From assembly GCA_021650915.1 (NCBI GenBank), contig CP091279.1, positions 1,590,001 through 1,622,000 of the forward strand: DNA of 32,000 bases. Reading direction: 5' to 3'. Shown piece after piece: positions 25,216 to 32,000 of the stretch (the stretch's first letter is position 1; every line of letters starts with the position of its first letter). Source of the DNA: Candidatus Brocadia sp. (GTDB lineage Bacteria; Planctomycetota; Brocadiia; Brocadiales; Brocadiaceae). The notes under the pieces were generated by a model, which worked only from the letters and a program-made list of their open reading frames with translations, was not told the DNA's origin and made no database searches. A program made the position numbers and the translations under genes.

Positions 25216-27738
25216 TCAAACTCCATCTATTTGTAAAAAGCGAACATGATGTGTCTTGTTGCTACTTCTCCAGTATTTGTTAAAAGCTATTAAAGGGTCT
25301 TGAAGATAGGGATCTGAAGCTTTTAAGCCTAAATGCTCCGCCCACAATCTTGTGCGTAAATTTTTAGCAAATTCCCTCGCACCGCTTGCATCGACTTTTT
25401 CATCTATAATCATAACGTTACATTCTTGACTGCATGTATCCGACCTAATAATACTACGATTGTTATTATCAAGCTTAACACCAAGACCACGGCTATCCAA
25501 ATTAGCACTTCCGCATGAAACAAAAATATCATCTATGATTTGGAGTTTTGTATGCACATAGATATTTCTCCCTACCGCAACTTCTAAAAAGCAAATCCTG
25601 ACCTTTGCGTTAAAAACTTGTTCTCCAACACCAACACTATTTCTGATAGCTCTCAGCCGATCTCGCGCATCTGGTTCACCCGGGGTATTATTTGTCCAAT
25701 TCCTCAGGGGAATTACAATAATAACAAATTCTACTCTGCTAATTGCAGTTGTGAGCAATGGTATTAATGCATCGCTGTTGAAATATTGATCTTCTATATA
25801 AATATAATGCCTTGCGTTCTGGACAGCCTGCTGTATTGTATTCCATATTGTGTAATCCCCGTTTTCAGCAAATGAATAATTATTTGGTCCCAAAGCCATT
25901 TGAGGATCCTTCGGTGTTGTCCTTGCCACTTGAATTATATGTTTTCCTATTGGCATTGCGGATGCATCTGATGGCGCGCTGAATGCAGCAGTAGGTCTCA
26001 CGCTGAAGGTTCTATGGTCAGCCCATCTTTGATATAAAACAAGATCAAGTTCGTTTGTTGCTAAACCTTCCACTTTTATTGTAACATCATGCACTGCCCA
26101 CTCTTCATCTCTTGCAAATTCGTGGGAACCGTCAGTAAGCCTGTTCGGCCAAAGATCCATTCCTCCACAATAACCAATCAAATTATTCGCATTTTTAATG
26201 GTAATGACTTTCATATGTATGGCAGAGGTATTACTCACCTTATCATCACGTCGCCAACGAGTTTGATGGATTTGCCAGCCCATCAATGCATTTTCAAGAG
26301 CATCTGCTTCAGAATCTTGGTTCCAGAAAGGTATAGTATCAGGGTCATAAAATAAAATAACTAAATTATTTGCATAATTACTTAATAAGGTTAAAAGTTT
26401 ATTATTTGGGTTGCTATCGACAAGCATTTGATAATCAGTTCCGTAACCATCACTATAGTTTGTGCCATTAAAATTACTTGTCAGATCTTTCAATACAAGG
26501 TTTGTATAGAATGCCCATCCAGCAATATGAATAAATTGATTGTCAGAATCACTGCCCTGAATAATTTTTCCAATAGCAGAACTTAAATCAGCAAAATACT
26601 CGAATCCGTCTATAAGATAATCAGCTTTATTTCCTTCTGTATACCGCCTCAATACTCTTCTTCCAGCCGGTGGATCTGTAGGATAACCGTTAGTGAATTC
26701 GTTTATATTTACGTCTTGTTCAGCAAACCAGTCAGCTGGTTTAAAAACATAAACTATCATGTGATTCGGTGGCGTAAACATTAAATCGACTTCAATAGAC
26801 GTATTCTTTTGATTAATTCTTTCTTGAAAAAAAAATTTATCATCCTCAGTATTTAACAAATCTCCGGTACTTTTTTTACCGGAAATTTTAATATTAGCTG
26901 TTGCGGCACCTTCAACAACAACGGAGCCTCTCACTAGTTCAGTGCCTCTTATCATGGTAAGAGTTGTTCCATCAGATTTTCTAAAATGTAAAGCCACATC
27001 AGTGGTTAACTCGAATAGATCATTACTTGAATCAGATGTTATTGGACAGTTAAATTCATCTCTCAATTCTATAATACCTCTCTGGAGGTTATTGTTAAGT
27101 AGCGTATTATTAATTAAGGTCTTGTCCTGCTCGGAAATAGTAAAGGAATTATTGCTAATTATTTCTTCCCAGAAAAATAAAGGATCCATATTGTTGAATT
27201 TTATTGAAGAACCGTTGAATGAAAATTCTCGCTTAACTCGAGTTGTTTCAATTCTGAATGTTATTTCTTCGGATGGTATAGCAATAATAGGAGGAGGCCA
27301 AATTTCATCCCAAGGGTTTAAGTCATAAAAACTATTATCGTCAGCGACAATAGCATCAAAATATTCATCACGGTTTCTAATCAATTTTCGTTGAAACATT
27401 AATTTTTGTGGCGATTTAAGATTATTGAAGGCAGCTTCCTTAAAAGCATCAGTTAAATTCTTTACACCTGAATAAATGAAAGCCGATATATTTTCAAACC
27501 CAGGAACCTCAATTTTTTCAACAAGCTCAAACTTTAATTCATACTCATTATTAATTTTTGTTACATACAATTTACTCTTACAGATTGCTTTAAGGGTATT
27601 CTGAGAAGAATAGTTGTTGATTCTAATTTTTATACCGTCAGAAAAGATATTGGAAGCTTTGGGACCATATAGCTCGGTTACACTATATGAAGAACCCCCT
27701 ATCGGAGGTGATAGGAAAAATTGCATCTCAATAGCCAT
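25216..27738 (-). CDS. Phospholipase D-superfamily protein (two HKD motifs) with unknown ~390-aa N-terminal region (840 aa)
   Basis: AAGGAG lies 5 nt upstream of the ATG. HKD1 is SAIHMKVITIKNANNLIGYCGGMDLWPNRLTDGSH (His codon 26215-26217). HKD2 is IYVHTKLQIIDDIFVSCGSANLDSRG (His codon 25552-25554). Confidence 0.85.
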   Translation of the reverse strand: MAIEMQFFLSPPIGGSSYSVTELYGPKASNIFSDGIKIRINNYSSQNTLKAICKSKLYVTKINNEYELKFELVEKIEVPGFENISAFIYSGVKNLTDAFKEAAFNNLKSPQKLMFQRKLIRNRDEYFDAIVADDNSFYDLNPWDEIWPPPIIAIPSEEITFRIETTRVKREFSFNGSSIKFNNMDPLFFWEEIISNNSFTISEQDKTLINNTLLNNNLQRGIIELRDEFNCPITSDSSNDLFELTTDVALHFRKSDGTTLTMIRGTELVRGSVVVEGAATANIKISGKKSTGDLLNTEDDKFFFQERINQKNTSIEVDLMFTPPNHMIVYVFKPADWFAEQDVNINEFTNGYPTDPPAGRRVLRRYTEGNKADYLIDGFEYFADLSSAIGKIIQGSDSDNQFIHIAGWAFYTNLVLKDLTSNFNGTNYSDGYGTDYQMLVDSNPNNKLLTLLSNYANNLVILFYDPDTIPFWNQDSEADALENALMGWQIHQTRWRRDDKVSNTSAIHMKVITIKNANNLIGYCGGMDLWPNRLTDGSHEFARDEEWAVHDVTIKVEGLATNELDLVLYQRWADHRTFSVRPTAAFSAPSDASAMPIGKHIIQVARTTPKDPQMALGPNNYSFAENGDYTIWNTIQQAVQNARHYIYIEDQYFNSDALIPLLTTAISRVEFVIIVIPLRNWTNNTPGEPDARDRLRAIRNSVGVGEQVFNAKVRICFLEVAVGRNIYVHTKLQIIDDIFVSCGSANLDSRGLGVKLDNNNRSIIRSDTCSQECNVMIIDEKVDASGAREFAKNLRTRLWAEHLGLKASDPYLQDPLIAFNKYWRSSNKTHHVRFLQIDGV

Positions 27739-27929
27739 TACAACTCCTTATAAATATTGGATGAATAGAAATTGCTTTTATGAATCAGGAAAACGTTTCT
27801 CTGTTGAGATAAGAGGCCATATGTGTAATAAGGGATTGCCAAAATGCATGGTAACATTACTTTGTTAAAAAACGCATATAAAATTAAAGATTTTTCATGT
27901 CGTCAGCGCCATCCACCTCACTTCTTCCT

Positions 27930-28610
27930 TCAGTGGAGTGCCCCTAGTGCAGCGTCTGCTGCTACGCGTATTTCCGAGAGCTTACTCTGGAGACCGGAGC
28001 GTTTTTGTCTCATAAGCTTTACAAGTTCCTCTCCCTTTGTTCTCAATGTTGCATTGTTTTCCCACGGGACCTGCGTGGCAGTTTCTGCACTATCCCGTAC
28101 ATCATCAAGGAATTCGGAAAAACTTCTAAGATAATTCCGTTCGCCCTCTATGAGTCCATGAAGTACGTTCGCCATGCTGTTGGATCGAGAAAAGAAAGTT
28201 CTCACGTTCTCCCACCAGCTTACGCCGGATGTGGTTTCCTTAGAAAACGGTTGCTCGAACCGGTCGCCTAGCTTATGCAGTTCTCCGCAGACTGTACCTT
28301 CATGCAATAAGAGCCGCAAGGAAGGTTCAGAAAATTTTGTTGCTACTCTCTCGAAATATGCTTGGAGCACTTCTTCCTTCTCCGGTCTAATTCGATTAAA
28401 TTCTGTAATGCTGGTCGACAACTCCTTGGAGATTAGGTCGGAAGCTAATTGAAGGGCATCACACATTTCATTTATCGTTTGTATTACCCCGTCACGCGTT
28501 GTCGCTTGTTCTTCCCCTTTCGCAATGGCTTTGTTCAGGTCTGGTGCGAGATTAACTACCTCTCTTATTGCGTCTTTAGCCAAATTTAAGTACTGCATGT
28601 CAATGCCCAT
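27930..28610 (-). CDS. Hypothetical helical protein (226 aa)
   Basis: AAGGAG lies 7 nt upstream of the ATG. The sequence is helix-rich with no recognisable motif. It lies 191 nt upstream of the PLD gene on the same strand and looks more GC-rich than the operon. Confidence 0.6.
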   Translation of the reverse strand: MGIDMQYLNLAKDAIREVVNLAPDLNKAIAKGEEQATTRDGVIQTINEMCDALQLASDLISKELSTSITEFNRIRPEKEEVLQAYFERVATKFSEPSLRLLLHEGTVCGELHKLGDRFEQPFSKETTSGVSWWENVRTFFSRSNSMANVLHGLIEGERNYLRSFSEFLDDVRDSAETATQVPWENNATLRTKGEELVKLMRQKRSGLQSKLSEIRVAADAALGALH

Positions 28611-28794
28611 AGCATATCTCCTTGCTGTAAGCTCCTTGGTTTAAGCTGAACGAGTGGAACACATAATATAAAGTGAAGCTGTATCTTCATGTACCATCCG
28701 GCAAAAAAACATAGTGTTGTGTAAAATTAGATGGTCTCAGTATACATTTCTGCCTTTTGATGGCTTTTTTTTGTTTATGCGTTGGCTCTATAAA

Positions 28795-29264
28795 TTAAAA
28801 ATCAAACCTATCGGTGATATATCCACTGAAATGCCAACTATTTTTATTGCAATTGCGGTCTCCCACATAAATTTTAAAGTAGTTGTTACCAGCACCAACT
28901 GGTCGGTTCAGCTCGTATGCCTTTCCAACACAGCCGCTCTACAAACCAGGGTTCCTGAACGCTTAATATCCCAGAGTCCTGTAATACTTTCGGCATCGCT
29001 ATTACCTATTGCAATCAGAATAAACTCATATGTCTTGCCTGGAGAGACCTCAGCCCAAGCACGAAAATAGCCATTACGGCTCTTTTCTGTCCATGTTGTG
29101 GCAGCATATCCCTTTTGGAAGGAATTATAAGTAGTTTGGGTATCTCCATCTATAACTAAAAACGGCTTTTGCGACCAAATGCTGTGTGTTTGAGCCAGGG
29201 CAGTAACAGAGAAAAGAATAAAAAATGTGAATACGAAAAGAATACGGACTTATAGCCTAATCAT
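28795..29264 (-). pseudogene. Decayed small secreted-protein gene (in-frame stop at codon 5 plus a frameshift)
   Basis: GGAGGAG-aataact-ATG, then MIRL-TAA(29250-29252)-VRILFVFTFFILFSVTALAQTHS..., a signal-peptide-like sequence. This frame ends at the TGA at 28908-28910. A protein-like continuation ...KAYELNRPVGAGNNYFKIYVGDRNCNKNSWHFSGYITDRFDF runs in another frame to the TAA at 28795-28797. Confidence 0.4.
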
Positions 29265-29311
29265 AGTTATTCTCCTCCATTCAGGTAGATATGATATGCA
29301 AAATCTATACG

Positions 29312-31165
29312 TAGTGTTTGAACGGAAACCTCCCAGAGCCCTGTAAAGTAAGGAGAAGCTGGTGAAAAATGTTCATGAAAGTCATTGAATTTTTTCGGGT
29401 AAAAGGGTAAAATATGGCGAAAATGAAGGGATTCTGGGTATAAAGAGTCCAAATATTCGGTTCATTAACCCACTAGCCAAAGGACATTCGATAGAAGATG
29501 AGAAAGAGATTTGAGCAGCAATTGAAGCTTGGCATCATACCCATTTCAGGGGTAAAACTGCCAATAAAGAGTCGAGATGAGCTACCACCGATACTGAGGG
29601 CGTTGCAACATATCTATGTTACACCGGAGTTGAACGAGGAGGTATTCCGGATATTAGAGGCGAAGGTAACGAAGGGGAAGAAAAAGACGGGAAGATATGG
29701 GATGGATTTATGGCATATTTTGGTGTTGTCGGTGGTAAGATTAGGGTTAGATGCCGATTATGACAGGTTGGAGGATTTTGCCAACCATCACAAACTTATC
29801 AGGCAGATAATGGGGGTTGAGACGGCATTTGGAGAGGCGAAGGTTTTTTCGATGCAGAGCATCAAGGACAATATAAGATTGTTGGATGAGGAGACCCTCA
29901 GGCAGATAAATGAAGTGGTGATATCATCGGGGCATCAGTTGGTTAAAAAAAAGGACGAAGGACTGTGTATTAAGGTGGATACGTATGTGTTAGAGACGAA
30001 TGTACACTTTCCGACCGATATGAATTTATTGTGGGATGCGGGACGCAAGAGTCTGGACATGATAGAGGATGCAATAGAGGAAGGCATCCTGGCGGGGAAA
30101 GGATGGCGCAAGAGCAAATATTGGAGGAGAGAGTTAAAAAAGCTGATGAGGATAAGCGCAAAGGCGTCAAGCAGCGGGGGGGAAAAACAAGGAAGAGCAT
30201 GTGAGGAGTTACTTGGAATTATCGAGGGGTTTGAGTGAAAAGATAGGAGCGAGTCTGTTAGCCATCTACGAAAAGGTGCTAACGACGAACCAGGTAGACA
30301 AGCATGCAGGGAAAATAGGGACACTGGAGTATTTTCACGGGATGTTGAATAAACAGATAGACCTGGTGGAGAGAAGGGTGATCCGGGATGAGGTAATACC
30401 GGCGGCAGAAAAGGTTCATTCGTTGTTTGAGCCGCATACGGAGTGGCTGTACAAAGGCAAGTCAAACAAAAGGGTAGAGTTGGGACATAATATTCTGGTA
30501 GCAAGCGATCAGTGGGGTTTCATCGTGGACCATGTGGTAGGAGAAAAACAGGCGGATGTATCGTTGGTAATTCCATTGGCAGATAGGTTGTTGAGCCGTT
30601 ACGGAGAAGGCACAATAAAGAGTATAAGTTTTGATAAAGGTTTTTACAAGAAAGAGAATAAAGAGTTGCTGAGTTTGTATATACCAGAGGTAATCCTTCC
30701 CAAGAAGGGCAAGAAGAATAAGGCGGAACAGGAAGAGGAATCGGGTAAGACATTTAAGAAGCTAAGGCACAAGCACTCGGCGGTAGAATCGGATATCAAT
30801 CGTTTGGAGCATCACGGCTTGGATAGGTGTCCGGACAAAGGGCTGCATGCCTTTAAAAGATATTGTGCAATGGGCGTGTTAGCTGCGAATTTGCACAAGC
30901 TGGGAAACGTGCTGCAGGAGAAGGCACGGAAGCAGTGCGAAAAGTTGCGAAAAGCCGCCTAAGCAAGCAAAAAACACGAAGAAAAACAGTCTGCCGGGAG
31001 GCAGGTACGCCCAGACAAGGCTAAAATAAAGGGGAAAACAAGGGAAATATGTAAAAGAACAGTATTTTTGCCAAAAACCCTAATCTCAAATCTTAAAATT
31101 ATCTATTGGTAAATAGAAAATCGACCTCGCACTTTTACAAAAAGTGCGTTTTCGTTCAGACACTA
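29312..31165 (+). mobile_element. IS element copy 3
   Basis: Full-length copy with the same inverted-repeat ends. TACGTA is present at both boundaries (29308-29313 and 31164-31169). Confidence 0.9.
29498..30962 (+). pseudogene. DDE transposase, frameshifted (G6->G7 at 30176-30182)
   Basis: The ORF track splits it into 246-aa and 253-aa pieces. Copy 1 has G6 at 777-782 and copy 3 has G7. Confidence 0.85.
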
Positions 31166-31269
31166 CGTACTTGTAAAACCTTGATTACAATTATTTTGTC
31201 GATTGTTTTCCGTACGTCTGTCAACCCTCCATTCTGCAAAATGCTTTTGAAGTTTACACAAAATAAAAA

Positions 31270-31325
31270 AGCCTTACTGCAAAAATGTTCATCCAAACAT
31301 CTTCGGCAGTAAGGCTATCTTTTTG
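31270..31325 (+). terminator. Long hairpin with flanking A/T runs (bidirectional-terminator-like)
   Basis: AGCCTTACTGC (31270-31280) pairs perfectly with GCAGTAAGGCT (31306-31316). The 25-nt loop contains an inner ATGTT/AACAT stem. The hairpin is preceded by AAAAAA and followed by ATCTTTTT. Confidence 0.45.
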
Positions 31326-31449
31326 TCGCTACAGCAAGTTCGTCTTTCGCTACCTACGTCCGTGTACGTCTGGAAAAGACCCTTTACTTTGCGTCCCCTG
31401 ATCACTCAGGGTTTGCCCTTATCGTGATATATTTTATTTCATAATCTTT

Positions 31450-31487
31450 GTGTTAGTGTGTTAGTGTGTTAGTGTGTTAGTGTGTGT
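31450..31487. repeat. Octanucleotide tandem repeat (GTGTTAGT) x4 plus partial unit
   Basis: GTGTTAGTGTGTTAGTGTGTTAGTGTGTTAGTGTGTGT, read directly from the sequence. Confidence 0.9.
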
Positions 31488-31597
31488 AAAATACAATACG
31501 AATCGTATTTCTGTCAAGCAAAAAATAAAAACCATTTTTAAATGAGTATTCAGAATCGTTCAGGATGACTAAAAAGAAATCCCGAATGTAAAATGTA

Positions 31598-31625
31598 TTG
31601 CCATAAGCATCAAAAAGAGTATAAT
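31598..31625 (+). promoter_or_regulatory. Sigma70-type promoter upstream of the second TA pair
   Basis: TTGCCA (31598-31603), a 16-nt spacer, then TATAAT (31620-31625). The 12-bp perfect palindrome AGTAACGTTACT at 31681-31692 lies between the promoter and the RBS. Confidence 0.55.
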
Positions 31626-31708
31626 TTTAAAAGACTCCTTAGTTAATGCACTTTAATAAACTTTACTTTGGTAATGGTCTAGTAACGTTACTTCTAAAGG
31701 AGAAAAAT

Positions 31709-31930
31709 ATGGCTACAACCATGAAGCAAGAAAATAAATCAATCAAGGTTAAGCAATATATAATAGATGATAATGGACGAAAGGTAGCTGCAATTATTGA
31801 GATGGAAGAACTCAACCGATTAGAGGAATTGCTTGAGGATTTATCAGATATAAAATCTATTGAAGACAGAAAAAATGAGCCCGATGAGGATTATGAAACC
31901 TATAGCACCAAAAGAAAGTCACAATTATAG
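31709..31930 (+). CDS. Putative antitoxin (Phd/YefM- or RelB-like)
   Basis: AAGGAG lies 8 nt upstream of ATG 31709. It is a small acidic protein with GRKVAAIIEMEELNRLEELLEDLSDIKSIEDRKNEP, typical of antitoxins paired with RelE/ParE toxins. Its stop overlaps the next start (TAGTG). Confidence 0.55.
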   Translation: MATTMKQENKSIKVKQYIIDDNGRKVAAIIEMEELNRLEELLEDLSDIKSIEDRKNEPDEDYETYSTKRKSQL

Positions 31931-32000
31931 TGTATAAGTTAATTATGAAAAAATCGGCAAGGAAGGAACTTGATAATATCTCCAACCCCTTCTTCTTAAA
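31930..32000 (+). CDS. Putative RelE/ParE-family toxin, 5' fragment (runs off window)
   Basis: The GTG at 31930 overlaps the antitoxin stop. The translation (M)YKLIMKKSARKELDNISNPFFLK resembles the N-termini of RelE/ParE toxins (YK..f.kSA.KEL.kl). Confidence 0.45.
   Translation, partial: MYKLIMKKSARKELDNISNPFFL

Noticed and set aside
25216-27738. The PLD as a Nuc/BfiI-like nuclease module of a restriction-type defence system.
   Set aside because: The motif context (GGxDL...R.D...H; YVHxKLxIIDD...GSANxD.R) is that of phospholipases. The idea is not excluded, only judged less likely without biochemical or profile evidence.
28714-29070. 118-aa plus-strand ORF (GTG start).
   Set aside because: It has no RBS and an implausible composition. 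The opposite strand carries an RBS, a signal peptide and protein-like sequence, so the pseudogene interpretation is preferred.
29267-29452. 61-aa minus-strand ORF spanning the left end of IS copy 3.
   Set aside because: It crosses the IS boundary and terminal repeat, so it is a chance ORF created by the insertion.
1768-31165. Composite transposon carrying the giant operon.
   Set aside because: Each bracketing IS has its own matching flanking hexamer (TAACTA versus TACGTA), indicating separate insertion events. It is kept only as a possible deletion or mobilisation substrate.
31106-31312. 68-aa ORF starting inside the IS right arm and running into flanking DNA.
   Set aside because: It crosses the IS terminator hairpin and the IS end. 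It ends in the large hairpin and has no RBS.
31450-31487. The repeat array as a CRISPR.
   Set aside because: The unit is 8 bp with no spacers, so it is a simple microsatellite. No CRISPR-like repeat-spacer architecture occurs anywhere in the window.

Overview
This window is an accessory region dense with mobile elements. They surround one very large, visibly AT-rich, five-gene minus-strand operon (10427-27738; 840+1319+1090+1810+709 aa, gene junctions of 1-26 nt). Only the first product is recognisable to me: a two-HKD phospholipase D of the eukaryotic/Tle5-like type. By eye, the other four giant proteins have no NTPase motif, no signal peptide, and no RHS/YD, phage-tail or secretion-system signature. 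One has a single central TM hairpin, one has an N-terminal coiled coil, and one is built from beta-type repeats. I consider this operon the candidate undescribed system, possibly a PLD-armed membrane-targeting complex, but its function is unknown.

The remaining features are:
- Three copies of a ~1.85-kb IS. Copies 1 and 2 are in tandem, and only copy 1 has an intact 487-aa DDE transposase. The other two carry single-base indels in G runs.
- Two near-identical 1993-nt group II introns (En-less RT/maturase) in inverted orientation. They sit in the same ~24-bp target sequence at both ends of a 789-bp HigB/HigA-like toxin-antitoxin cassette.
- An IS200/RAYT-like Y1 transposase gene.
- An IS630-family element with TA target duplication.
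- A 226-aa helical hypothetical protein.
- A decayed small secreted-protein gene.
- A second TA pair running off the right edge.

All calls rest on reading motifs and repeats in the sequence. No database search or computation was possible.
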